The notes beneath the pieces were generated by a model that saw only the letters and a program-made list of their open reading frames with translations, searched no databases and was not told the DNA's origin. This document shows positions 9,703-21,015 of a DNA stretch of 64,000 nt, in pieces. The stretch comes from an uncultured Oligoflexus sp. GTDB lineage: Bacteria; Bdellovibrionota_B; Oligoflexia; Oligoflexales; Oligoflexaceae. The position numbers and the translations under genes were made by a program. The stretch's first letter is position 1; every line of letters starts with the position of its first letter. The DNA lies in contig CAXSGP010000001.1 of the NCBI GenBank assembly GCA_964236955.1, positions 53,911 through 117,910 on the forward strand. Reading direction: 5' to 3'.

Positions 9703-12700
9703 CCGCGAGGCTTCGTCCGGCCATAGAGCGTTCCACAGCTCTTTCCACCTGATCGTGTCATGCTCCAACCGGCCTTCAAGCACAGACTCGACAAGCTCTC
9801 GTTTTTCGCCATGCAAGGCGTGAATCAGCTCTTCGATCGTAGCCCGGGTTCGCAGCCGATAGACAGTGACCGCAGCCTTCTGCCCCATGCGATAGGCCCT
9901 ATCGCTCGCCTGGTTTTCTATTGCCGGATTCCACCAGGGATCAAGGTGGAAGACATAACTTGCGCGAGTCAGATTCAATCCCGTCCCACCGGCCTTGAGG
10001 GAGATCAAAAACACATCGTAGCCACCTGCCTGAAACGTTTCGACCAGCTGCAATCGCTCTTTGGCGGCTGTTGTGCCGTCGAGATAGAGGACCTTGAATC
10101 CGAGCGCAAGCAATTCTTTATGAATAAGCTTTAAAAATCGGGTGAATTGACTGAATACGAGTGCGGCATGGCCGGCCTCCCTCAGTTCCGTGAGACGCTC
10201 GTTAAGGGCTGATACTTTGGCCGAAGAACCGGTCCAATTTTCATCGACCAGCGATCGATGGCAGGCCGCCTGCCGAAGCCGCGTCAGCGCCGCGAGAATA
10301 TGCAACTGGGTTTTTGCTTCAGGATCTTCGTTAACCAGGCTTTGCACCGTCTCGATAGCTTCACCCCGCATAGCATCGTAGGCCTCCTGTTCTTCCGGAC
10401 TCAAATCGATCCAAAGATCGATCTCGGTTTTGGGGGGGAGTTCCGTCAGGTAATCCTTTTTCATGCGTCTGAGAACAAAGGGAGCGATCTTGTTTTTAAG
10501 ACGGGCTTTCGCCTCCGGAGAATCTCCCCTTTCGATGGGAAAGACGTAAGCGCGTTTAAACTTGTCCCATTCCCCAAATAATCCAGGCGACAGGGTACGA
10601 AATAAAGACCAAAGATCACCGAGATGATTTTCGATAGGGGTTCCGCTTAACGCAACTTTCCAGTCGGCATCAAGGGTTTGCACAGCCAGGGCCGTTTTGG
10701 TCGTTGCGTTTTTAATGATCTGGGCTTCATCGAGCACCAGAATATTCCAGCGCTTTTCCGCCAGATTTTCAGCATAACGCAGGATCAGACCATAGCTGGC
10801 AATCACCAGGTCGCCAGGTCCAAAGTTCATGCCCAGGCCGCGACCGCTCAATTCGCGCATTTGAATGACGCGCAGCTCGGGGGCAAACTTTTCAACCTCG
10901 CTTTGCCAATTGTAGCTCAGGGAACTGGGCGCGATCACGAGCGAAGGCCCCCGGTCTTTCCTCGCCAGCAAAACAGCCAAAGTCTGTATCGTCTTGCCAA
11001 GGCCCATATCGTCGGCAAGGCAGGCCCCCAATCCCCATTCCGCCAAACGGGAAAGCCAACGATAACCGTCCTTTTGATAGGGCCTGAGTTCCGCCTTGAG
11101 GCCCTTAGGAAGGGCGATGGCCAACTGCTGACTCTTGCGGGCGCGGGCCACCATTCTCCAAAAGTCTTTGGAACTTTCCTGAAAGGGAAATTGTTCGATG
11201 GCCGAAAGACTGGCTTCGTCATCAAGCGCCGCTATGTTGAGACTCATCGCCTCGTCGTCGAACTCTACGCAAGCGACGAGGGGATTCAGCCTTTCTTTAA
11301 AATGCTCGGGAATCAGCGACCAACGGCCATCCGGCAACTGCAGGTAGTCGTTACGTCTTTTGATCGTTTTTAACAATTCCCGGAGGCTGAGTTTATGGCC
11401 GTCGTCGAGTTCAAGCCACCCTTCGACCGCCAGCCAGTCCTTTTTATCACCAACACTTACCTTTAAGCTTTGAACGGCAAGCGGCGCGCCGATTTCATAG
11501 GCTTTTTTAGCAAGAAAGCTCGGCCATTCGACGCTAAAATCGGCCTGACCCTTTTGCTCCTCCAGACGGGCGACAGTTTCGAGAGCTTTGCTATCGTTAA
11601 AGGCTATCCAAACAGCGGCTTCCGGCTGAGGCAAATATTCGAGGCCCAGTTTTTCAATCAGCCTGGCCTCCCGTCGGCGCTCAAGATTTAAATCCCTTGC
11701 CCATTGGCCCGCTCCGCTCAGACGGGACACGACCGCGTCCCCTTCCCCGGCAATCAAACGAAGTCCGGCTTCGATCTGCAGGCGGATTTCTATGCGCATG
11801 CCGCCTTTTTTAAATGGGGTAAGGCGCACGATACTCAAATAATCGGCTGCAATCAGCGGCCCATCCTGGCTCTTTTGGATATTAAAGACCTGGTGATCCA
11901 TCTGGCCGATCAGCTCTAGCACTCGTTCTTTATGCGAGAGAGGGAAGGGCCGGTCCATACGCTGAAGATAATCGATGAATTGAGCTTCCCTGATCTTGAG
12001 TGGAATCAGCAAAAGACTGGCACTTTCTTCGAACCAGGCAACCAGGCCTCGACCTTCGGTCCGCCGATGGTTTTCAGGAAGCGCGGGTTTCACGACGAGG
12101 CCATCCTGGTCTTCCTGTATCGACAACGCCCAGGATCCCACCTCGATCTTAATGGTTCTATGCCCATCCGAAATAGCCTGCTGGGAAAGCCTGGCTCCAT
12201 CGAGGAGATCATAGACCTGCTGCTCGGGTAGGGCCGGGAGTTTTCTCTCGGGTTCCAGGGCTTGCCATTCGGCAAGGCTATAGCTTTGGATCCAATGCCA
12301 CTCAGCGTCAGGATCATAACGGTCACGCCCCTGCTTTTCAAAATGCAGAGTCCATCGCAAGGGATCGAAAACCCAGCGCCAGCGATAGTCCATGAGCCAT
12401 CTGTCGTCATCTCCTTCACAATTTTCGCTGATAAGGCTTTGCCAACCCGCCAGGGGATCGGCGGGTGCATGGGCCGAAAGGAGCTGAAGCGCTGTTCTAA
12501 CCTGATCTTGAAAAAAATACATATGATGGCAGCGCTGGGTTTCCAGACTAAGGGAATCCCGTTGGCAGCTGCAGACGATAAGCGTGTAATCATTATCAAG
12601 GTCGAAGAGTGGAAAGGTCATATCGATGCGAAAGATCTTGCCGCCTTCCCGCAGCTCAGCCCGTATCCGTTCCCCCGACATATGGCACCCGAGCAGAGAA

Positions 12701-12831
12701 TCCGGACTCATTTTCGCAGCTTTATTGCGATGTTTTGGTAAATACTCGCGCGTTAGTTCCCCATCGATATAGGTAAAGAGATTGCCTTTGGCCCTTTCCT
12801 CCAAATCCGCGAGCACAGCTATCAGGCTCAT
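9685..12831 (-). CDS. SWIM zinc-finger SNF2-family helicase/ATPase
   Basis: CSC...CHH, LADDMGLGKT, LDEAQ, SGTPIEN, SLKAGGTGLNLT, QASDRAYRMGQ. Confidence 0.92.
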   Translation of the reverse strand: MSLIAVLADLEERAKGNLFTYIDGELTREYLPKHRNKAAKMSPDSLLGCHMSGERIRAELREGGKIFRIDMTFPLFDLDNDYTLIVCSCQRDSLSLETQRCHHMYFFQDQVRTALQLLSAHAPADPLAGWQSLISENCEGDDDRWLMDYRWRWVFDPLRWTLHFEKQGRDRYDPDAEWHWIQSYSLAEWQALEPERKLPALPEQQVYDLLDGARLSQQAISDGHRTIKIEVGSWALSIQEDQDGLVVKPALPENHRRTEGRGLVAWFEESASLLLIPLKIREAQFIDYLQRMDRPFPLSHKERVLELIGQMDHQVFNIQKSQDGPLIAADYLSIVRLTPFKKGGMRIEIRLQIEAGLRLIAGEGDAVVSRLSGAGQWARDLNLERRREARLIEKLGLEYLPQPEAAVWIAFNDSKALETVARLEEQKGQADFSVEWPSFLAKKAYEIGAPLAVQSLKVSVGDKKDWLAVEGWLELDDGHKLSLRELLKTIKRRNDYLQLPDGRWSLIPEHFKERLNPLVACVEFDDEAMSLNIAALDDEASLSAIEQFPFQESSKDFWRMVARARKSQQLAIALPKGLKAELRPYQKDGYRWLSRLAEWGLGACLADDMGLGKTIQTLAVLLARKDRGPSLVIAPSSLSYNWQSEVEKFAPELRVIQMRELSGRGLGMNFGPGDLVIASYGLILRYAENLAEKRWNILVLDEAQIIKNATTKTALAVQTLDADWKVALSGTPIENHLGDLWSLFRTLSPGLFGEWDKFKRAYVFPIERGDSPEAKARLKNKIAPFVLRRMKKDYLTELPPKTEIDLWIDLSPEEQEAYDAMRGEAIETVQSLVNEDPEAKTQLHILAALTRLRQAACHRSLVDENWTGSSAKVSALNERLTELREAGHAALVFSQFTRFLKLIHKELLALGFKVLYLDGTTAAKERLQLVETFQAGGYDVFLISLKAGGTGLNLTRASYVFHLDPWWNPAIENQASDRAYRMGQKAAVTVYRLRTRATIEELIHALHGEKRELVESVLEGRLEHDTIRWKELWNALWPDEASRKKPLS

Positions 12832-13482
12832 AAAGGTATCCCGATTTCTTTAGGACTGTGATGAGAACCGGAAAACGCGAGGTAAAGAAACGGCCATAAT
12901 TGGATAAATAAGGCGGGGCATACTGGGGTAAGATAGCGGAAAACACTATAGGCCGGAGAGCTCGCCCAAGCTCTACCGGCACTAGAGGGGATCAGAAAAT
13001 AACTCGAGGGAGTCATGTCTATTTTTAACAAGGATCCACCCTTTAAAAAAATTATTTATTCTAATACGGACCGATCACTTTTTCTGCTGATCCGCTCCAT
13101 TGTGCAAAATTTACACAGCGAAATTGGCAATGATCGAAAGCGGAGGGAGACGCCTGTCACAGAGCCTGAAAACCTCTTGAAAGGTGATTTACCGATCGCC
13201 TGCTCCTAAGAATGACCCTGCCTGACACACAAGGAACATGGCGACCGTCGCGCCTGCGCCCGACACCATTATTTGCTGATGCGGCATTCGCAGACTGCCT
13301 CCCTTGGCACAGCCGGCTTTGCGCCCCTCACGTCCCTCATGATAAGCCTTCGTTTCCTCACCCAATCCAGGCATTTGGCAAGTTATACTTGGCAAATCCT
13401 CGTATTCCCCCTAGAAGATTGGAAGTGAAATCATTTGATTTGTACTTGTCATCGTCATCCTTATTTTTTCGACGGAGCCTCA

Positions 13483-15486
13483 ATGAAAAACTCTCGTCTC
13501 GCCTTCATCGGTACCTGGCTTATGAGTAGCCCTTTACTGGCGGCGACTCAAGCAGTAGTCCCTCCCGCCAGCTCTGAGATCCCCGATCGCCGGGAATTTC
13601 CGGTGAATGAGAATGTCAGCGCCTGCGAAAATTTTTATGAGTACGCATGTTCGACAGCAGTCAGCCGGTTCAAGCTCCGTGACGATCGTAGCACACATAC
13701 CTTTGCCTTTTCGGACTCGCGTGAGCGCCTCCTCGATAAGAAAAAGGAGTTCTTAAAAGACCTGCAGAAAAAATTGCTGGCCAAAGAAACTCTGCCTGAG
13801 CGATCCAAAAATCTGGCAACCGTTTACGAAGCCTGCATGAATCCAGAGGCCCGTAAAAAAGAAGAACTTGCCGAAGTCGCCACTGTGGTCTCGGAACTTA
13901 AGGCGATCAAAACACGCCAGCAATTTCTTGATTACCTCGCCAAAAAACGCGAGGCCTCCGAGGCGAGCTTCGTCGATGTCGGCAGCGCAGCCAATCAGGA
14001 CAGCCCCGAGATACTGGACTTCTATTTTGACGTCGATATGCAGTCCCTTCCCGAGCGATCCTACTACTTAAAGCCGGAGGTTACCGAGGACTTCAGCAAA
14101 GTCTTGGAAAAATTCTTTGCAACCATTGGCGATAAAAAGGCCAAGGAATCAGCCAAAAGCGTTCTCACCATTGAAAGCGAATTTGCCAAGGTCCATCCTC
14201 TGCCCTCGGAAATGCGCGCGATCTGGAGCCAGCGTTCCAGCATCTCGAAAAAAGACATCATCGCGAAGTATCCCAGTTTCGAGTTGAAAGCCGCCCTCGA
14301 CAAAGTGCCAGATTCGGCGAACATTCGGCACTTTATTCCCGAGACTTATGCCTTTGCTGACAAGACTCTTAAAAGCTCGAAGATCGAAGACCTCAAGGCA
14401 ATGTACCTCTATAAGTCGCTTTCTCCCTTGATGGACGACGCCTACCCGGAATTCTTCAACACCCGGTACAGCTTCAATCAAAAGCATTTCGGCGCCGCTC
14501 CGGTAAGGCCGGTTCGTGAGGAACGCTGTACTCAGATGGTTATGGCTAGTTATAACAAAGAGCTTGATGCCGAACTCCTGCCGCTTATGTTTCCGAATTT
14601 TCCTCAGGAAAAATTCATTGCGTTGGCGGAAAAGGTCCGTGCCTCCATCATCGAGGGCGTTAAGGCCAACACCTGGCTGAGTGAAGAAGGCAGAAAAGGC
14701 GCCATCGAAAAGATGACGAAAGCCAAACTTCAACTCGTCAAGCCTATGAATGATGAAGAATGGTACTTCAACCCGAGCGCCCCTTATACGGCGAGCACCC
14801 CTATCGCCAACGCCAGAGCGCTGAACGTGGCTTTGACTTCGCGCCTGTATGCGGAACTGCCCAAGCCCCGCAACCGCGATCGCTGGGGTATGGGACCCCT
14901 GACGGTCAACGCCTACTACAGCTCCACCGACAATAAGTTCGTCATGCCCATCGGTATTCTACAGTATCCGTTCTATGACCCCAATCTCCCGGCAGAAGTC
15001 AACCTCGGAGCCGTGGGAGCAGTCATTGGCCACGAGCTGGGCCACGGCATTGATGATCAGGGAGCCAAATTCGATGCCGAGGGTAAACTTCGGCAATGGA
15101 TGAGCGAGAAGGATATCGAGACTTTCCGCGGCCGGGGTAAAAAGTTTGTCGATCAATTTGCTAAAATCGGCCACAACGGTGAGCTCACCCTGGGCGAAAA
15201 TATTGGCGATTTAACCGGTGTTACCTTTGCCTACAATGCAGCCTTTCCCAAAGGACAGGGCAGCACCGATCAAAAGAAAGCCTTCTTCCTTCAGTATGCC
15301 CGCCTTTGGTGCGGCGTGGAACTTCCCAAGTATTCCGAGCAGATGCTTAAAACCGATCCCCATTCCCGCGGGTTCGCCCGGGTCAATGAGCAGCTTAAAA
15401 ACCAGCCAGCCTTTGCCGAAGCTTTTGCCTGCAAAAAAGCTGATCCCATGGTGCTCAAATCCGAGGATCTCGTAAAAATCTGGTAA
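13483..15486 (+). CDS. Secreted M13-family (neprilysin/PepO) zinc metallopeptidase
   Basis: Signal peptide, CENFYEYAC, VNAYY, GHELGH, ENIGD. Confidence 0.95.
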   Translation: MKNSRLAFIGTWLMSSPLLAATQAVVPPASSEIPDRREFPVNENVSACENFYEYACSTAVSRFKLRDDRSTHTFAFSDSRERLLDKKKEFLKDLQKKLLAKETLPERSKNLATVYEACMNPEARKKEELAEVATVVSELKAIKTRQQFLDYLAKKREASEASFVDVGSAANQDSPEILDFYFDVDMQSLPERSYYLKPEVTEDFSKVLEKFFATIGDKKAKESAKSVLTIESEFAKVHPLPSEMRAIWSQRSSISKKDIIAKYPSFELKAALDKVPDSANIRHFIPETYAFADKTLKSSKIEDLKAMYLYKSLSPLMDDAYPEFFNTRYSFNQKHFGAAPVRPVREERCTQMVMASYNKELDAELLPLMFPNFPQEKFIALAEKVRASIIEGVKANTWLSEEGRKGAIEKMTKAKLQLVKPMNDEEWYFNPSAPYTASTPIANARALNVALTSRLYAELPKPRNRDRWGMGPLTVNAYYSSTDNKFVMPIGILQYPFYDPNLPAEVNLGAVGAVIGHELGHGIDDQGAKFDAEGKLRQWMSEKDIETFRGRGKKFVDQFAKIGHNGELTLGENIGDLTGVTFAYNAAFPKGQGSTDQKKAFFLQYARLWCGVELPKYSEQMLKTDPHSRGFARVNEQLKNQPAFAEAFACKKADPMVLKSEDLVKIW

Positions 15487-15501
15487 TTCCTTTCGATCCT
15501 G

Positions 15502-15531
15502 ACCTGTGGGGACCCCTCCACAGGTATCTTT
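15502..15531 (+). terminator. Hairpin terminator after M13 peptidase
   Basis: ACCTGTGG/CCACAGGT 8-bp stem. Confidence 0.55.
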
Positions 15532-15598
15532 GCTTCAATTCCTCGATTTCTCATCTAGTATCTGCTTCAATAGCTGGGCCTCTCATTAGGAGCCCGGT

Positions 15599-16966
15599 AT
15601 GACCGAAGAAAAAACTCTGAAAAAAATTCGTTCGGGATTATGGGATCGAAGTCTGAGCCTGACAAAATTGGCCGTTCAATCCGGTGCCCATCTCGCCATG
15701 TCCGGGATCAAAGGAGCCTTTGCCGATAGCGAGGGGCGTGAGGTTCACTTTAAGGCCTTGATGAATGTTCAAGCCAGACTCCTCACTCAGGAACTCGGCC
15801 GACTCAAGGGAAGCCTGATGAAAGTCGGACAGATGCTTGCTCTTTACGGCGAACATTTTCTGCCTGAAGAGGTGGTAACTCAACTCAAACAATTAAATGA
15901 GCAAAGCATTTCCGTCGAATGGCAGGCCATTGAACGTCTGCTGAAGGCGCGTATGGCACCGGCTATTCTCGCTGATTTGACCATAGATCCCAAACCGCTC
16001 GCTGCGGCATCGATGGGTCAGGTCCACCGCGCTGTCTGTAAATCAACTGGCGAAGAACTCTGCGTGAAAATTCAATATCCCGGCGTCGAGGAGGCCATCG
16101 ACTCCGATGTCAAGGCGCTGCGATCGATCCTAAGCCTTCTCAAGCTTATGCCAGCAAAAAGCTCGGCATTTGAAGAACTTTTTGAGGAAATTCGTGTTAT
16201 GCTCCACCAGGAGCTTGACTTTCACAAGGAGAGGGCTTTTACCGACGAAGGCCGCTTGCTGCTTGCCAGCGATCCGCGGTTTGTCGTGCCCCGCACCTTT
16301 CCCAAATATTCCTCGGAGCGCTTGCTGACGACCTCCTTCGAGCGCGGTTACAGTATCGATGGGCCCGAGGTCCTGGCTTTGAGTGAAGCGCGTCGCTCCC
16401 AGATCGCCCTAGCGTTTTGTCAGCTCTTTTTACGAGAACTTCTCGAGTTTCGGATGATGCAAACCGATCCTCACTTTGGCAACTATAAGATCCGCATTGG
16501 CGAGGAAACAGATCAGATCGTCCTCCTCGATTGGGGCGCCGTGCGGCGTTTCGATGAAGGATTTATCCTCAAATATCGACTGCTGATAGCAGGCGCGCTT
16601 GAGAATGATTCCAAAAAAGTTTTCGAGGCTGCCGTATCCCTTGGTTTTATCGGAGCCGACGCCTCTGAAAAAATCGTCAAGGCCTTCACCGCCATCACCT
16701 TTATGGCCGTTGAACCCTGGCTGCCTCCCGCTGACCCCCGTGTCCCCGCGCAACTGGTTGATAGAAACGGTTGTTATATCTGGTCGAAAAGCGATTTGCC
16801 GACCCGAGTCGCCGGTCTCGCGGCGAAATATGCGCTTTCCTTTAAGGTTCGGGCTCCGCCCCGTGAGGTCTTGTTCCTCGATCGCAAAATAGGCGGAATA
16901 TTCATCATGATGAAGGTCCTCGACGCTCGCTTTAAAGGCCATCACCTTATAAAGGAATACTTTTGA
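15599..16966 (+). CDS. ABC1/UbiB (COQ8-like) atypical kinase
   Basis: KVGQ, AAASMGQVH, VKIQYPG, QTDPHFGN, LDWG. Confidence 0.9.
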   Translation: MTEEKTLKKIRSGLWDRSLSLTKLAVQSGAHLAMSGIKGAFADSEGREVHFKALMNVQARLLTQELGRLKGSLMKVGQMLALYGEHFLPEEVVTQLKQLNEQSISVEWQAIERLLKARMAPAILADLTIDPKPLAAASMGQVHRAVCKSTGEELCVKIQYPGVEEAIDSDVKALRSILSLLKLMPAKSSAFEELFEEIRVMLHQELDFHKERAFTDEGRLLLASDPRFVVPRTFPKYSSERLLTTSFERGYSIDGPEVLALSEARRSQIALAFCQLFLRELLEFRMMQTDPHFGNYKIRIGEETDQIVLLDWGAVRRFDEGFILKYRLLIAGALENDSKKVFEAAVSLGFIGADASEKIVKAFTAITFMAVEPWLPPADPRVPAQLVDRNGCYIWSKSDLPTRVAGLAAKYALSFKVRAPPREVLFLDRKIGGIFIMMKVLDARFKGHHLIKEYF

Positions 16967-17407
16967 GCAAGTGCCGGAGGCGGTCTGCTCTACGAAACAA
17001 TGATCCCAAGGTGTTCGGATTCCTGAATATTGGGACTTGCTTCCCTACTCACGGCGATCCCCGGCAAGGGGAAGCCATACTACGGCAAAAAATCCTAGGG
17101 TCAAGTCCAAGCCTTGCCTGGTATTTTGCCATCCAATCGCTGCCTCAAATCGATTGAACAGCATGATTCACAAGGTATTTTTCATATATAAAATCAAGGC
17201 TTTAAGCGTAAATAGGAGCGCTTGGAGAAAACTCTCGGGACCCGGCTGTGGCCCCCGCCTTTTCCGTCGCTGCCAAGAGATACAGGTCACCTGCCGGGAT
17301 CGCTGGGAATAACTTGAGGTCTAAGGCTCTTTTTTGCTTTCGCGCTTTCCTTCATGACCTGAATCCATTAAGTAGCCTCTCGGTTCATGTGAAGAAGGGG
17401 CCCTCCT

Positions 17408-18496
17408 ATGCGCTTTGTGCTCTATTGTCGTCCTGGTTTTGAAAAAGATTGTGTGTCGGAGGCTCACGATCAATTCGCGTCCCTTGGCTGGGATGGTTAC
17501 CCTGAAATTCATGGTGAACACGGCATCGTCAGCTATCTCGGCACGCCTTATGATCCGGAGAACCCACGTTCGGCCGAGATACCCAAAGTCGCCAATTTCA
17601 TATTTACCCGCCATATCCTCGAGCAGGCTTGCATCGTCAGGGAGCTGCCCGCAGCGGATCGTGCCACGGCAATAGCCGAAGCGCTCCTTAAGACCACGAA
17701 ATTTCGCCGTTTCCGCGAATTGGTACTTGAATTTCCGGATACCAATGAAGGGCGATCGCTGGCAAACTTCTGCAAAAAATTTCATCCCGCGATGGGCAAT
17801 GCCCTCAAGCGCAACGGCTTTGAGCTCGATCGCGGCAACCATGATGCCCCGGCTGTTCACATCTGCTTTATCAATTATGAAAGCGCCGTAATGGGCCTTT
17901 CCTGGAAAAAACGCAGTTCTCCCTGGAGAAGTGGTATCCCGAGACTTAAATTTCCAGAAGACGCGCCGAGCCGCTCGACTCTGAAGCTCGATGAAGCCTT
18001 CCTCACTTTGCTAAGCGAAGAAGAGCGTGGCGAACGCCTCCAAGGGGGTGGTACAGCTGTCGACCTTGGGGCCTCTCCCGGCGGCTGGACCTATCAGCTG
18101 CTCGAAAGAAGCTTTTTTGTCACAGCGGTCGATAACGGCAAAATGGCAGAATCTCTGATGGCCTCCGGCATGGTCAACCACAAGGTCGAGGATGCTTTTA
18201 AATTTAAGCCGAAAGCAGCGGTCGATCTTTTGGTCTGCGATATGGTGGAAAAGCCTCAGCGAGTGATGGAACTCGTGGCTCGCTGGTTTAAGGAGCAAAC
18301 CTGCAGCTGGGCCGTGATCAATCTAAAATTGCCGATGAAAAAACGTTTTGCCGAGATCGAAGCTTGCCAACTTGCATTCTGGGAACAAAGTGGCCTCACC
18401 GAAGACAAATTTGAGATTCGCTGCAAGCAGCTCTATCATGATAGGGAAGAAGTGACTTTGGTGCTTATTCCTAAGCCTAAAAAATCCCGTCGCTGA
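17408..18496 (+). CDS. rlmM: 23S rRNA C2498 2'-O-methyltransferase
   Basis: LYCRPGFE, APSRSTLKL, DLGASPGGWT, CDMVEKP, KQLYHDREEVT. Confidence 0.95.
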   Translation: MRFVLYCRPGFEKDCVSEAHDQFASLGWDGYPEIHGEHGIVSYLGTPYDPENPRSAEIPKVANFIFTRHILEQACIVRELPAADRATAIAEALLKTTKFRRFRELVLEFPDTNEGRSLANFCKKFHPAMGNALKRNGFELDRGNHDAPAVHICFINYESAVMGLSWKKRSSPWRSGIPRLKFPEDAPSRSTLKLDEAFLTLLSEEERGERLQGGGTAVDLGASPGGWTYQLLERSFFVTAVDNGKMAESLMASGMVNHKVEDAFKFKPKAAVDLLVCDMVEKPQRVMELVARWFKEQTCSWAVINLKLPMKKRFAEIEACQLAFWEQSGLTEDKFEIRCKQLYHDREEVTLVLIPKPKKSRR

Positions 18497-18587
18497 TCCG
18501 TCGCCACGGGGTCCTGCGTTTTTGCCTGGCAAGGTTTAGGTGGAGCCTTTATAGTTTCGGTCCCAGCCAAGCATTTATGGGGATCTC

Positions 18588-19772
18588 ATGAAAAAAGACT
18601 ACTGGCAGCACCTGAACCAAGAAATCCAAGCGGTAAAAGACGCTGGACTGTTTAAGAAAGAACGCGTGATTTCGTCGCCTCAACAGGCCCGCATTCGGGC
18701 TGACGGCAAAGAGCTCATCAATCTGTGTGCCAACAACTATCTTAGTCTCGCCAACCATCCCGACCTTATCAAGGCCGCTCAGGAAGCTTTGACGAAGTAC
18801 GGATTCGGCATGGCCTCGGTCCGTTTCATCTGTGGCACCCAGGATGTCCATAAAGAACTTGAAGCAAAACTCTCCGCCTTCCTCGGCATGGAAGACACCA
18901 TACTCTACAGCAGCTGCTTCGATGCCAATGGCGGGCTCTTCGAAACGCTGACGGGTGCGGAAGATGCCATCATCAGTGACTCTTTGAATCACGCGAGCAT
19001 CATCGACGGAGTACGGCTGAGCAAGGCCCAGCGTTTTCGTTACAGCAACAACGATATGAATGAACTTGAAGACAGGCTCAAGGAAGCAGCGAACTGCCGC
19101 TTCCGGCTCATCGCGACCGATGGGATTTTCTCGATGGATGGCTCTATCGCCAAGCTCGGTGAGATCTGTGACTTGGCCGACCGATACGATGCCCTCGTGA
19201 TGGTTGATGACTCTCACGCGGTGGGTTTCATGGGTGCCCAAGGCCGTGGAACGCATGAGTACTGCCAGGTCATGGGCCGGGTCGATATCATCACCGGCAC
19301 TCTTGGCAAAGCGCTAGGCGGAGCCTCTGGTGGCTATACCTCAGGTAAAAAGGAAATCATCGACTGGCTGCGTCAACGCTCAAGACCCTACCTCTTCTCG
19401 AACACCTTGCCTCCGGTCATCGCCGCGACCAGCATCAAGGTCCTCGAGCTTTTGGAGCGCTCCGATGCAGCGCGTCAACGTCTGCGGGACAATGCCCGGC
19501 TTTTCCGCGACAGGATGAGCGTCTCAGGCTTTCAACTTTTGCCCGGCGAACATCCCATCATTCCTGTTATGCTGGGAGACGCGGGTCTTGCCAGCCGGAT
19601 GGCCGATGCTCTTCTCGATGAAGGTATCTACGTTATCGGCTTTAGCTTTCCCGTCGTCCCGCAAGGCAAGGCCAGGATCAGGACGCAGATGTCCGCTGAG
19701 CTTTCGTCGGAGCAGGTGACCCAGGCGGCAGCCTCATTTGCGAAAGTCGGTCGAAATTTAGGGCTTATTTAG
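18588..19772 (+). CDS. kbl: Glycine C-acetyltransferase
   Basis: [38 protein letters not shown]. Confidence 0.97.
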   Translation: MKKDYWQHLNQEIQAVKDAGLFKKERVISSPQQARIRADGKELINLCANNYLSLANHPDLIKAAQEALTKYGFGMASVRFICGTQDVHKELEAKLSAFLGMEDTILYSSCFDANGGLFETLTGAEDAIISDSLNHASIIDGVRLSKAQRFRYSNNDMNELEDRLKEAANCRFRLIATDGIFSMDGSIAKLGEICDLADRYDALVMVDDSHAVGFMGAQGRGTHEYCQVMGRVDIITGTLGKALGGASGGYTSGKKEIIDWLRQRSRPYLFSNTLPPVIAATSIKVLELLERSDAARQRLRDNARLFRDRMSVSGFQLLPGEHPIIPVMLGDAGLASRMADALLDEGIYVIGFSFPVVPQGKARIRTQMSAELSSEQVTQAAASFAKVGRNLGLI

Positions 19773-19783
19773 GGGAGGATTTT

Positions 19784-20821
19784 ATGGCCAAGCTCATGCG
19801 TGCGCTCGTCAAACGTCATAGAAAACCCGGTCTTTGGATGGAAGAAGTTCCTATTCCGGAAATCGGTGAGAACGATGTTTTGATCCGCGTGAAAAAAACA
19901 GCGATCTGCGGCACCGATCTCCATATTTATAATTGGGATCAATGGGCTCAGAAAACCATACCCGTGCCTATGGTCACGGGTCATGAATTTTACGGCACGA
20001 TCGAGCAGACAGGGGCGTCCGTAAGCGCCTACAAAATCGGTGACCGCGTTTCCGGTGAAGGTCATATCACCTGCGGTCATTGCCGCAACTGCCGCGCCGG
20101 TCAACGCCACCTCTGCCGCAACACGATAGGCATTGGTGTCAACCGTCAGGGCTGTTTTGCTGAATACCTGTCGCTGCCCGCCGGCAACGCCTTTAAAATA
20201 GCCGACTCCATACCCGATGACATCGCGTCGATGTTTGATCCCTACGGGAACGCCACGCATACCGCACTATCGTTTGATATGGTTGGAGAAGACGTCCTCA
20301 TCACCGGTGCCGGACCTATTGGCATCATGGCTGCCGCAATTGCCAAGCACGTCGGAGCACGCCATGTCGTAGTTACCGACGTCAATGAATATCGCCTGGA
20401 TTTGGCCAGGCAACTCGGTGCTACGCGTGCCGTTAACGTTGCCAATGAAAACCTGCACGACGTCATGCGCGAGCTGGGAATGGTCGAAGGCTTCGACGTC
20501 GGTCTTGAAATGTCGGGCAATTCCCGGGCTTTCCGATCGATGCTGGATGCCATGAATCACGGCGGTCGAATCGCGCTGCTGGGGATTTTTTCGGAAGAGG
20601 TTGCCATCGACTGGAGCGCGGTGGTCTTTAAAGGTCTCTTCATCAAAGGCATTTACGGCCGGGAAATGTTTGAGACCTGGTATAAGATGAGTGCCATGCT
20701 GCAGAGTGGGCTTGATATTTCCAAAGTCATCACCCATCGCCTGCCTGCAGAACAGTTTGATGACGGCTTTCGCATCCTCAATGAAGGGAAGTCAGGAAAA
20801 GTTATCCTGGATTGGACCTGA
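19784..20821 (+). CDS. tdh: L-threonine 3-dehydrogenase
   Basis: [36 protein letters not shown]. Confidence 0.97.
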   Translation: MAKLMRALVKRHRKPGLWMEEVPIPEIGENDVLIRVKKTAICGTDLHIYNWDQWAQKTIPVPMVTGHEFYGTIEQTGASVSAYKIGDRVSGEGHITCGHCRNCRAGQRHLCRNTIGIGVNRQGCFAEYLSLPAGNAFKIADSIPDDIASMFDPYGNATHTALSFDMVGEDVLITGAGPIGIMAAAIAKHVGARHVVVTDVNEYRLDLARQLGATRAVNVANENLHDVMRELGMVEGFDVGLEMSGNSRAFRSMLDAMNHGGRIALLGIFSEEVAIDWSAVVFKGLFIKGIYGREMFETWYKMSAMLQSGLDISKVITHRLPAEQFDDGFRILNEGKSGKVILDWT

Positions 20822-20869
20822 CCGGGCCTGCGCTTAAATTGGAGGGGAAAGGAACCGGCTTATAAGCGG

Positions 20870-20904
20870 CTCATTCAGCCGGTCACCACGGGAGGCTGAA
20901 TGAG
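20870..20904 (+). terminator. Hairpin downstream of tdh
   Basis: CTCATTCAGCC/GGCTGAATGAG 11-bp inverted repeat. Confidence 0.55.
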
Positions 20905-21015
20905 GCTTGAATCCTAGCTTCCGATCTCCATTCATCACCTTTTCCCTTGCTGTTGCAATTAATATAAAATATGCCTAAAGAGGTTCTTTTTCCGGTCCCC
21001 ATAAAGGGAAACTTG

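Noticed and set aside
9685..12831. SNF2 ATPase as an anti-phage system component
   Set aside because: Stand-alone SWIM-SNF2 with no nuclease, methylase or defence-island context.
12832..13482. 650-nt gap with short ORFs, possible ncRNA or riboswitch
   Set aside because: No recognisable RNA motif or convincing ORF; consistent with a divergent promoter region. A covariance-model search would settle it.
16967..17407. Gap before rlmM-kbl-tdh as a possible riboswitch
   Set aside because: No aptamer consensus recognised.
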